From the human T2T-CHM13v2.0 reference genome, Homo sapiens, in NCBI RefSeq assembly GCF_009914755.1, contig NC_060927.1: 64,000 nt of DNA; one strand, given 5' to 3'. The notes beneath the pieces are model-generated. The model saw only the letters and a program-made list of their open reading frames with translations, was not told the DNA's origin and searched no databases. Of this stretch, positions 52,201 through 64,000 are shown in pieces. The position numbers and the translations under genes were made by a program. Within the stretch, counting starts at the first letter, position 1. Each line of letters starts with the position of its first letter.

Positions 52201-54497
52201 GGTAAAGGGATCAATTCACTTTAAAAAACCTAACTATCCTAAATATATATGCACCCAACACAAGAGCACCCAGATTCATAAAGTAACTTCTTAGAGGCTT
52301 AGGAAGAGACTTGGACTCCCATAAAATAATAGTGGGAGACTTCCACACCACACTTACTATATTAGACAGACATCAAGGCAGACAATTTACAAAGATATTC
52401 AGGTCTTGAACTCAACACTTGACCAAAGAGATCTAACAGGCATCTGCAGAATGCTCCATCTGAAAAGAACAGAATGTACAATTTTCTCATTACCACATAG
52501 CATGTACTCCAAAATTGACCACAGAATCAGACATAAAACAATTCTCAACAAATTAAAAAATAATAATCATCCACACTATTGTACCACAGTTTAATACAAA
52601 TAGAATTTAATAAAAAGATAATTGCTCAAAACCATACATTTACAAGGAAATTAAACAACCTGTGCCTAAAAGACTTTTGGGCAAATAATGAAATTAAGGG
52701 AAAAATAAAGAAGTTCTTTAAAACCAATGAGAAGAAAGATACAACATACCAAATCTCTGGGACATAGCTAAGGCAGTTTTAAGAGGGAAATTTATAATAC
52801 CAAATACCCACATAAAAAAGTTAGGAATATCTCAAATTAACTACCTAGCATTACAATTAGGAAAACTAAAGAAGCGGGAGCAAACCAACACCAAAGCTAG
52901 CAGAAGACAAGAAATCACCAAAATGTGAACTAAACTGCAGGAAATGGAGACACAAAAGCTATTCAAAAGAATAACAAATCCAACAGTAGATTCTTTGAAA
53001 AATTAATACTTAATTAATTCTTAATTAATAAATACAACTAGACTAATAAAGAAAAAGGGAGAGAAAATCCAAACAAACACAATTAGAAATGACTAAGGGG
53101 TTGTTACCATTGACCCCACTGGAATACAGAAAATCATCAGCAACTACTATGAACATCTCTAGCCACACAAACTAGAAAATCTAGAAGAAATGGATAAATT
53201 CCTGGACACATGCACCTTCCCAAGACTGAACCAGGAAGAAATGGAATCCCTGAACAGGCCAATTATTATTCAGATATCATTATTGAATGAGCTCTGAAAT
53301 TGAATCAGTAATGAATAGCCTATCAACCAAAAGAAGCCCAGGATCAGATGGATTCAAAGCTGAATTCTACCAGATATTCAAAGAAGAGCTGGTACTATTC
53401 CTACTAATTTTTTTTTAATTGAGGAGGAGGAACACCTCCCTAACTCATTCTATGAAGCAAGTATCATTCTGATATGAAAATTTGGCAGAGATGAAAATGA
53501 AAAATTAAGGCCAATATCCTTGATGAACATAGATACAAAAATCCTTAACAAACTATGAACAATCTGAATCAAACAGCACATCAAAAAACTAATCCATCAT
53601 GATCAAATAGGCTTTATCCCTGGGATGCAAGGTTGGTCCAATATATGCAAACCAACACATGTGATTCATCCCTTTAAAAACTGGGCAAAAGACAAGAACA
53701 GACACTTTTCCAAAGAAAACATACATGCAGCCAACAAACATAAAAAATAAAAGGCTCAATATCACTGATCATTAGAGAATTACAAATCAAAAGCACAATG
53801 AGGTACCATCTCACACAAGTTAGAATGGCTATTATTAAAACATCAAAAAAAATAACAGTTGTTGATGAGGTTGAGGAGAAAGGGAAATGCTTATACACTG
53901 ATGGTGGGAGTGTAAATTAGTTCAACCATTGTGGAAAGCAGTGTGGTGACTTTTCAAAGAACTAAAAACAGAACTACCATTTTAACCCAGCAATCTCAAT
54001 ACTGGGTATATATCCAAGGGAATATTAATCATTCTACCATAAAAACATCTGCAAACATATGTTCATTTTAGCACTATTCACAATAGCCAATACGTGGAAT
54101 CAACCCAAATTCCCATCAATGATGGACTGGATAAAGAAAATCTGGTACACATACACCATGGAATACTATGCAGACATAAAAAAAAACTAGATGATGTCCT
54201 TTGTAGGAACATGGATGGAACTGGAGGCCATTATTCTTAGCAAACTAACATAGAAACAGACAGCAAAATACCCCATGTTTGCAATGATACGTGGGAGCTA
54301 AATAATGAGAACTAATGGGCATGAAAAGGGGGACTACAGACACTGGGATCTACTTGAGGGAGGAAGCTGGAAGAAGGAAGAGGATCAGGAATAACAACTA
54401 TCAAGTGCTATGCTTAGTACTTAGGTGATGAAATGGTCTGTACACAAAAACCCCGTGACATGAGTTTGCCTGCCTTAACAAATATGCACATGTACCT
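49288..54497 (+). mobile_element. Near-full-length L1PA13-16/L1PREC2-type LINE with an internal ORF2 deletion
   Basis: GC-richer 5'UTR; ORF1 remnant ~50830-51830; ORF2 start ~51899 with endonuclease motifs ('aatatatatgcacccaacacaagagcaccc'); 3'UTR 'ctgtacacaaaaaccccgtgacatgagttt'. Confidence 0.9.
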
Positions 54498-55269
54498 GCA
54501 AAGTTTAGTGAGAAAAAACAAATCAGAAGTTGAACAGCAGGGCTGGGAGGGCCAGAGGGGAAGGATTATAAAGGTGCATGGGAAAATTTTAGAAGTAATA
54601 AATAAGTTTACTATTATGATTTTTTTATTTCATTGATGTACATATATACATATGTTAAAACATCAAATTGCACACTTCAAGTATATATAGTTTATTGTGT
54701 GATAATCACATCTCAAAACATCTGTTATACATTGACGAGTTAAGCAAGAGGGAGAAGCATTCACCTGTACAAGAGGTCTAACTAGCTAATATCAATTTAA
54801 AAATATGTATTAACATTGAGTGTTCATACATGAGACATGATTGTACCTTTTGATTAGTTTGCTTAATTTGGTAACTATATGTAATGAAATAATGAAACAA
54901 CATGAAAACAAAGTGTTCATCAGGTGACATTTTGTAGTCATATAATAAGTATATTTTAAAGTAATAATTTTATAAACGTTGATTGAAGTAGCTTATTGTT
55001 AAAATTTAATTATAGTTTAGATGGGATTTCTCTCTTATTCTCTATAAATATTGCTATTGCTTTCCAAATTTATAAGATAAAACCTACTGATAACACATTA
55101 AAAAGAATGCTATGTGCTTGACATTGTGCTACATATTTTCTGCATATTATGGAACACAGGCAAAATTCAGAAACTTATGTCAATTACCAACTAGAAAAAT
55201 TAAACAAATATTCATTCATTGAATCAATAAAGTTTAGCTTAATTAATTTTTGATACTTACATAATTTTA

Positions 55270-55500
55270 GCATTTATATAATATACATCTCTTAAGACAT
55301 AAATATATTAAACAAATTTATATATCTTGTAAATATATTATATTTATAATATGTAATTGCACACTATATATTTATAATCTATAACCAAGTATCATACTAT
55401 ATATATTATAATTACAAGTTATAATTATATAATACTTATAATATATTGATATAATATATTAATTATATATAATATAATGTGCAATTATAATATATATGTA
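55270..55500. repeat. AT-rich low-complexity tract
   Basis: Direct reading. Confidence 0.75.
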
Positions 55501-57871
55501 AATTGCCTCCTGAGCTAAATACATGAAATTCAGTGCACGTATTTTTTTCTTTTTGCCTATGTATGCAGTTATTTTATTAAAATGTTATAATCTAATGGAT
55601 TTACAATTTATTATTAAAATATTATTTTAAATTGCCCTGTGTCAAAAAATAAATGTATTATGAAAAATAGACACTCTCATTTATTCTTGATGAAAATGTA
55701 AATTTTTAAACTCTTTTGCAAGGCAATCTTGTAATTCTTACTTAAATGTTCAGTAAACACACACTGTAATTGTATATTGTATACATGTGTATACATATGT
55801 GAGTCATACATATATAAAGAGACACAAATAATTATCTATTTATTTATTGACACGTGTTTTGTCATTAAATATGCATTCTGCATATCTTGTAATGGACAAT
55901 TGGCTAAATAACATTGTCATAAAATGTTAGCTATACGTTAGTTAAAAACAATTAGGCAGATTTAGCAGTTTAACAATCTACCTCCCTCACTTTCTATCAA
56001 TATACTTAATAGAATGAGTTCTTTCATAAGAAAGAATTAGGAAACAAGTGATATAAAAGAGTCTACATACTACCCTTTGTGTTATAAAAAGTCTAAGCAC
56101 ATTCACAAATAATATTTAGCGCAAAATATATAAAATAAGAAAGATATAGTGGTTACTTTTGAAGAAAAAAACAGTCAACATTTGGGGAATTGAAATGGAG
56201 GACTTATTTTTAAATCTGCATTATTTTGTACTCATTGAATTTATTTAACCATATGTGTGTATATGTATGTGTATAAATATATGTGTATGTGTGTGTTTGT
56301 GTATGTACATATATATTTCCTAATTAATACCTCATGACTTTCAAATCAAATAGAATTATTTGAGAAATAAAGACATAAAAAATAAGTTAAAGAAACTGAA
56401 AGGCAAAGAAATAAAACCACTAAGGAGTCCCACTCTAAAAATACTTTTCCTTAGCAGCTTGGTCAGCAAATTCACCTATCATCAAGGATAAGTTAAATTT
56501 CAGCAGCTATAGACAACTATTTAAGTAGAAGATATCAATCACTACAGTGGGAAATATGGTAAAAGATTACATGTTGGTGTCACATTGGGATTTATGTCTA
56601 AATGAAGAAAACACGTGCATTGCCTGTGTTCCAGATCTCAAGGGCCAATATAACCTCCTCATGCTAGGATCAAAATGCTCTTAAATAACCAATTGAAAAT
56701 TGAGTTTATTGTTTTGAAAGTACTGAATTCACTGAAACATTATCATAGCACAATAACTTTTTTTTTTTTTACTACCAAGGGAAACTTCTTAACTGAATTT
56801 AGTGTTATTTAATTTTATACTTTTAAGCTGAGTTTGAAAATACACCTGAGATAATAGGGACAGGCAGGATGGTTAAGGACATTTTTCAATACAGTAGCTC
56901 AGTCAGCAGCTCTGTCTGACCTTGGGCATATTTACCTTTTTTGTTCCTGCAGATGTTTATCTCACGTAGGTCATAATTAACTGTCCATAGTCAGTAATTA
57001 CACTTATTTTTTCCCATAAGATATAAGAATTAAGTTTAGCCTAATAATAAAGTAAGAATGAAGATCAACCTACCAGTTGCTCTAGTCTTCCTGAGTGACT
57101 CGTTTCATTCTAAGAAACCTGATACTGTCTTCTCATCCAATGACATGTGATGTATAACTTGACTATCGGTAAAAAAGAAAATATGGGGAAATCATGAGTT
57201 TAAAAAAATGGCTAGCTCTTTGTTCTTAGCAAATTATATTATCTCCTGCAACCAGTTTCTGCTATCACCAGTGAAAATTAAATAATCTCTTCCTGAGGAA
57301 GGTCATACTTTAAAGTTTTGTGATCATAATGTACCAAAATATACATATAAAGCTAGAAATGTGCCTAAAGTGATTCCTTGTCTTTTTAGTCAACATTAAA
57401 CAACATGATACACAAATGTCTACTCCGCTTCTTCCTTCTTAATAGTAAATTGCTTACTACTCTAAATAACCCAGGACCTTACTGCAAATCATATGGCAGC
57501 ATGTGCATTAAAAGAAGCGATTGTCCACAATCTGCTAATGAGAGCTAATTCCAAATCAAAGAATAAAAGCTGTTTAATCACTTTTATTTTGTTATTTGTC
57601 ATAGAAATTTTTGGTTAATTGCAATATTTATCACATTCACTTATTTAAGACGTCAAGGTTACTATTTATTTTTATTATTTTAAATATGTGAAAAATTAAT
57701 GTTCAAAATTTCTAAAAAAAGAATTATAATTGTAAAAATTGTGTTTTTTCCTTTTTCTTAATATCCTTGGAACAGGACCATCATTTGCTCTATTCTTCTT
57801 ATGACAAACACTGTGTTATAACTGTGTTTTAATTATATAATACAATAAATGTATTATATAAAAATAAACAA

Positions 57872-58320
57872 CTGTAGTCCTCCCTTATCCATAGTTTTAC
57901 TTTCACAGTTTTAGTTACTCATCGTCAATTTTGGCCTGAAAATGTTAAATGGAAAATTTCAGAAATAAACAATTTAGAAATTTTAATTTGTGCATTATGC
58001 TGAATAGTGTACTAAAATAGTGAGCTGCCTTGCTCCATCCCAACCAGGATATAAATCTTCATTTTGTCTAGTATACCCTTGCTGTCTATGCTACCCACTC
58101 CTTAATCCCTTAGTAGTCTTCTGGGTTATCAAATAGGCCATCACAGTATCACAGAGCTTGTTTTCAAGTAACAGTTATTTTTCTTAATAATGGCCCAAAG
58201 CACAAAGTAGTCATACTGACAATTTGGGTATGACCAAAAAATAACCTCATAAAGTGCTTTCCTAAAGTGAAAAGGTAAAAGTTCTAGACTTAATATGGAA
58301 TGAAAAAATATTTTATGATG
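57872..58320 (+). mobile_element. MER44/Tigger7 5' portion
   Basis: TIR 'ctgtagtcctcccttatcc'; transposase start region 'cttaataatggcccaaag...aaagtgaaaaggtaaaagttctagacttaat'. Confidence 0.85.
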
Positions 58321-58420
58321 ACATTTTATCATCATTATGGTTTAGGTGACAGAAAAGAAGGGTTGGAAATAATGTTAGTACCATCTACAGAATCTGACAT
58401 TTTATGCCAGAGAAATAACT

Positions 58421-58920
58421 TGTAGTAAGAAGTCTCTTAGAGGCTCCCTACGTCTTCATCTCTTGGTATTCACACCCTTGTCTAATACCCTTCCTTTAAG
58501 TATGGACTGCACCTAGTAACTCACTTCTAATGACTAAAATAAGACAAAAATTACAAATGTCACTTCTAATATTAGTGATAAAATGACAATGGCTTTCAGC
58601 TTGGACTCTCGTATTGCTTGCTGACACTGAGGAAAGTAAGCTCTCCTTCAATGAGCTGGTCTAAGAAGTAAACCATATGACAAGGAACTGATATCTCTGG
58701 CCATCAGCCATGTGAGAGAAACTGGTAATGAATCATATCTGGAGTGAGCCTTGAGAGGAACACAGTCTTGGCAAAAACCTCAATAGATCCTAAGCTAGAT
58801 AGAAGCAGCTAAATTACACCAGGATTTCTGATCCACAGAAACTATGAGGTAATAAGCGTTTTCTGTTTTAAGCAGCTAGGTTTTGGGTAATTTGCTACTC
58901 AGAAACAGAAAACAAATGCT
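58421..58920 (+). mobile_element. MLT1F-type MaLR LTR
   Basis: 'ctcttggtattcacacccttgtctaatacccttcc', 'gatccacagaaactatgaggtaataa...ttttaagcagctaggttttgggtaatttg'. Confidence 0.75.
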
Positions 58921-59869
58921 AATTTGTAGCCATTGATTTCCAGATAGAGATAGAAAAGTCTTGAGGGATCTATACAGAAAAAAATAAATTTCTAGAAATT
59001 GCATATTCAATGTTTTATAATTTGTTGATTGTTTTAGTAAATCACTTATGAAATTAAGATATTTACAATTCATAGCTATAAATTATCAAAATTTATAAAC
59101 GTATAGAAAATTTATAATCTTACATACAGAGTATGATTTTAAAAATCTTTAACATACACTATTAGGAATACGAGCCAAAGAAAATCATTGTTCTTTTTAG
59201 TGCAATTATAACTTCAGGAATTCCTGTGGAACAAATGTAGCCATAATGGAATAAAGATAGAATTGAGAAAATAATCTTATTCTGCAGTTTGCAGAATAAC
59301 AACAAACTGAGACAAAGTAAAACCAACAAAACAAAACAAAATAAACAAAAAAAAATGATGATCTGGAAACATCACCAAATATTTTCTTAATATGAATTCC
59401 TACCACTATCATTTACCAAGAATTAAAACCTGACTTTTCTGTGCAATCTTATAAGAAATAATCCTCATATTGATTCCTCACATCAATTGGTCTTGAGTTC
59501 AGAATTTCTATTATTTATTCTTCAATTTGTTTTCCTTTAGTTATCAAAAATGTTTATTCCTTCAAAATGTGTGTGTTAGCTCATTAGAGATGTTTCCATT
59601 TTTATTCAGTTACATAGTATCTATTCAGTAAATCATTGTTTTATTAACAATTTTTGTGAAAATAGGCTTCAAAAGTGAACAGATAATTGTTTAAAATTCT
59701 TATGATTGTTAGATAATGCAAACAGAGTAAAAATATTAGAGCAAAAAATCAAGGTGATTAAAAATAATAACAGTAAAACCATCTGCATATAAATTGCCTT
59801 ATATTCTATATACTCAAAAGTACAAAACTGAAAATAATTGTAATCTTTAAAAGAAGGGGCAACAGTTCC

Positions 59870-61167
59870 ATCCCCCCACAGGCTTGAAAGTACCTGATCC
59901 CATTCCCTGACCTCTCCCTGCTCCCAGTGCCTGTTCTGGGACAGAGCAAAGTTGTGGTAGAGCCTGGGGTCTGCTGCAACCTGGCTGGGTATGCACATGC
60001 TCAGAGTGATGCTGACACATTAGCCCCCCGCCACATCAGCCTCCTCTGGCCTTTAGGCACCAACAAGCATGGGAGGAGAGTTGGGGGGCTGAGGGTGGCT
60101 CCTTGTGGATAGTCTGGGTACTGTGAATGGCATATTAAAGGTTCCTAGGCAGGAAAGGGTGTGTCCCCAGTGAATCCCCTTTAGGCCAGTGATGGCCTGA
60201 AGCATGGGGACCTGGCAGCCAGTTCTGGGCAATGTCTGTGTCCCAGAGTGAGAACTTCACTGATGACCATTTGGCCAAACAGATGGTGCTTTCTTCAGGC
60301 CCACCCATGGCTGCCAATGGACTAATCAGGATGCACTTCCTCCACTCTGAGCACATAAAAACCTCAGAATCAGCCAGACTCACTCAGTCATCAGGAGTGA
60401 CTGCATAAAGGAGCTACCAACTATAGGTCTCTCCTCTGCTGAGAGCAGGACACTTATCAGGAAAACACACCTGCAGAAAGTAGCTGCAAACTTGGGGTCT
60501 CCTGAAAGCTTTCCTCTTGCTGAATGCATTTCCTCTCCACCTTGCTCACCCTCCAGTTGTCTGCATACCTTATTCTTCCTGGACGTGGGACAAGGATGGT
60601 GGGCTTGAAAGAGCTGTAACACAAACAGAGCTGAAACACACCTTCTACTCACCACATTGCAGGTGATGAGAAGAAGAGAAAAGCTGTGGCCCTTCTGGGA
60701 GCCTTGACCTTGGAGTTCCCCAATCCAGGGCTGTGATATGTTGTACCATCCTTCTTGGGGTTTTGTCATTCCTGGCATCTCCAAACTTTAGGGTGCAATT
60801 GTGTTTCCCTTGTCCACATGCTGGTGCCTGCAGCAGAAGCCACTTGCAGTATGTCTGGTCCAGCTTCATCCTCACATGGAGCTAGCCCTGTGCTTGCACC
60901 TGTAACTGCCCACTCCACTGCAGTCAGTGCATGTGCCTGTGACCTGTGGCTGGATCCCATGCTTGCTGATTCACACACCTCTTGCCGCTCTATGCCTGGC
61001 TCACCCTTGGCAAGCGTGGGATCTGGGTCTGTAGTGCAAACCAAACACAGCCTGCTGGGCTGAGTAGATGAAAAGAGCCCAGTGGGAACAAACAAAATCC
61101 AAGAAGAGGACCCAACAGCCACAGAGGTTTCTGGCTGGTGAAGCAACACCCTAAGAATCCCATGACA
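59870..61167 (+). mobile_element. MER52A-like ERV1 LTR, 5'-truncated
   Basis: Homologous to 5521-6500; ends 'cacagaggtttctggctggtgaagcaacaccctaagaatcccatgaca'. Confidence 0.85.
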
Positions 61168-64000
61168 CATTGATCTGTTGCCTACATGAAACACACTTCA
61201 CCTATAGAGACACACACAGACTGAAAATAAAGGGATGAAACATTCCATTCCAGGGGAAACCAAAAAAAAAAAAAAAGCATGAGTAACTATAGTTATATCA
61301 GAAAAAATATATTTCAATTCCAAAATTATAAGAAGAACAAAAGAAAGTCACTAGCATAATGATAAAGGAGTCAATTAAGAAAGACAATATAGCAATTTTA
61401 AATATATATGCACCCAACACTGGAGCACCCAGATATTTAAAAAATATATTATTAGAGCTAAAGAGAGCAATATGCCCCAATGCAATAATAGCTGGAGACT
61501 TCAACACCCACTTTCAGCATTGGGCAGATCTTCTAGACAGAAAATTAACAAAGAAACATCAGACTTAGTCTGCCCTAGAGGCTAAATGGATGTAATAGAT
61601 GTTTACATAATATTTCATCCAAGGTCTGCAGAATACATTCTCTTCCTCAGCATACAGATCATTCTCAAGAATAAATCATATGTTAAGTCACAAAACAAGT
61701 CTTAAAGATTAAAAAAAAAAACAGAAAAAATATCAAGCATCTTCTCTGACCACAGTGGAATAAAACTGGGAATCAATAACAGGAGGAATTTTAGGCTCTA
61801 TACAAATACTTGAAAATTAAACAGTATGCTACTGAATGACTAGTGAGTCACGGGAGAAATTTAGAAGGAAATTGAAACATTTCTTTAAACAAACAATAAT
61901 GGAAACACAACACACCAAAACCTGTTGGATACAACAAAAGCGGTACTCACAGGGAAGCATATAGCTATAAGTGCCTATATTGAAAAAGAGAAAAAAATCT
62001 TCAAATGATTAATCTAACAATGCATGCTAATGAGTTAGAAAGCAAGAGTAAACCAAACCCAACATTAGTCGAAACAAAAGAAATCATAAAGATCAGAGCA
62101 GAAATAAATGAAATTGAAATGAAAAAATGCAAACTATCAATGAAACAAAAGTTTGCTTTTTGAAAAGTTAAACAACAGTGACAAATCTTTAACCAGATTT
62201 ACTATGAAAATAAAAGAGGATATCCAAATAAATAAAATCAGAAATGAAAAAGGAGACTTATCAGCTTATACTGAAGATATTCAAAGATTATTCATGGCGA
62301 CTCTGAGCAGCTATGCTCAGGGAAATATGAGAAAATCTAGAAGAAATGGACATATTCATAGATACATTTGACCTCCCAAAATTGAACCTGAAAGAAATCC
62401 AAACCTGAACAGACTAATAACAAGTATTTGAAGGCATAATTAAAAGTCTCCCAGTAAAGAAAATCCCAGGACCTGGATGGCTTCATTGCTGATTTCTACC
62501 AAACATTTTAAGAAGAACTAATAGCAATCTTACTTAAACTTTTCAGAAAAACAGAAGAGGGAATACTTTCAAATGTATTCTGTGATGGCAGCATTACTAT
62601 AATTACCAAACCAGAGAAAGACACATTAAAAAATAAAACTACAGGCCAATATCTCAGGTGAATATTGATGCAAAAACCCTCAACAAAATACTAGCAAACC
62701 AAATTCACCAATATATTGGAAAGATTATTCGTCATGACCAAGTGGGATTTATCACTGGATGCAAAGATGGTTTAATATATGAAAACCAATCAACATGATA
62801 CATCAACAGAATGAAGAATAAAACCACATGATCATTTCAATTGATGCTGTAAAAGCATTTGATAAAATTAAACATACCTTCATGATAGAAACTTACAAAA
62901 AACAGGGTATAAAAAGAATATATCTCGACATAATAAAATTAATATATAACTGACTCACAGCTAGTATCATAATGAATAGGGAAAAATTGAAAGCCTTTTC
63001 TCTTCTAATATCTGGAACATAAAAAGGATGCCCACTGTTACCACTGTTATTCAGTATAGTACTGGAAGTCCTAGCTAGAGCAATAAGACAAGAGAATGTT
63101 ATAAAGGGCATCTAAATAGGAAAGAAAAGTCAAATTATTCTTGTTTGCTGATGATATAGTTTTATATTTGGAGAAAAACTAAAGACTCCACAAGGAAACT
63201 GTTAGAACTGATAAACAAATTCAATAAAGTTTCAGGATACAAATCAACATACAAAAGTAAGTAGCATTTCCATATGCCAACACTGTACAATATTTAAAAA
63301 ACCCATTTACAATAGCCTCAGATAAAATTAAATACATAGAAATTAATTTAATCAAAGAAGTTAAATATCTCCAAAATTAAAACTATAAAACACTGATGAA
63401 GAAAATTGAGGAAGACACCAAAAATTAGAGAATATTTTGTGCTCATGTATTGTAATAATCAATATTTTTTTAATGTCCATACTCCCCAAAGAAATATACA
63501 GATTCAATGCAATCTTTATAAAAATGCCAAAGACCTTCCTCACAGAAATAGAAAAAATAAAATAAAATTTGCATGGCACCACCAAAGACTCAGAATAGCC
63601 AAAGCTATTCTAAGCAAAAAAAAAAAAAAGAAAAAAAAGAAAAAAAAAAAAGCTGGGTGACTCACATTACCCAACTTCAAATTATACTACAGAGTTATAC
63701 TAAACAAACCAGCATGATGCTGGCATAAAAACAGCCACATAGACTAATGGAACAGAATAGAGACTCCAGAAGCAAATCTGAACACCTACAGTAAGTTCAT
63801 TTTTTAAAAAGTTGCCAAGAACATACAATTGAGAAAAGATAGTCTATTCAGTAAATGTCTTCCTTAAATGGTGCTGGGAAAACTGGATATCTGCATGCCA
63901 AAGAATGAAACTAGAGCCCTGTCTCTTGCCATACACAAAATCAAATGGAAATGGATTAAAGACTGAAATTTAGGACATCAAACTATTTAACTACTACAAT
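61168..64000 (+). mobile_element. L1 (L1MA/L1PB-age) ORF2 remnant, continues past window end
   Basis: Endonuclease 'LNIYAPNTGAP...IAGDFNT' (ORF 61359-61568); RT motif LFADDI at 63141-63158; many stops. Confidence 0.92.

Larger units (their letters stand above)
46500..54728 (+). mobile_element. L1MC/L1MD-type element (5' end, ORF2 3' half, 3' end) hosting MLT2A and L1PA insertions
   Basis: 5'-end-like sequence 46500-46798; ORF2-like sequence 47460-49285; 3' end resumes ~54500 and runs to 'tatagtttattgtgtgataatcacatctcaaaac'. Confidence 0.65.

Noticed and set aside
56930-57060. Plus-strand acceptor 'ttttttgttcctgcAG' with a downstream AAA|GTAAGA
   Set aside because: AT-rich interior and no supporting signal; expected by chance. 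The same applies to the acceptor-like site at ~23588.

Overview
AT-rich primate (human-like) genomic DNA with no recognisable protein-coding gene. It is mostly layered transposable-element debris. DNA transposons: a near-full-length Tigger1, a Tigger3b and two MER44/Tigger7 elements. Retroviruses: two degenerate minus-strand class I (ERV1, gamma-like) proviruses at 26.4-33.1 kb (both LTRs) and 39.2-45.7 kb (5' LTR only), plus solo LTRs (MER34-like, MER52/LTR28-like, THE1, MLT1, MLT2A). LINEs and SINEs: several L1s, including a near-full-length L1PA13-16-type copy, L2, MIRs and five Alus. The listed ORFs are TE remnants or chance ORFs. I found no new multi-gene system. The most unusual signal is five short paired duplications (28-300 bp) copied from 1.1-2 kb away, four of them pasted into LTR/ERV sequence and two with repair-type junctions (microhomology, a 13-bp duplication, a fold-back hairpin). 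Also notable are a tiny U6 snRNA 3'-end retrocopy with a 15-bp TSD and an extended U-rich tail, and a few candidate spliced exons in unique DNA. Family names come from my recall of consensus sequences, not a database search, so boundaries of old elements are approximate.
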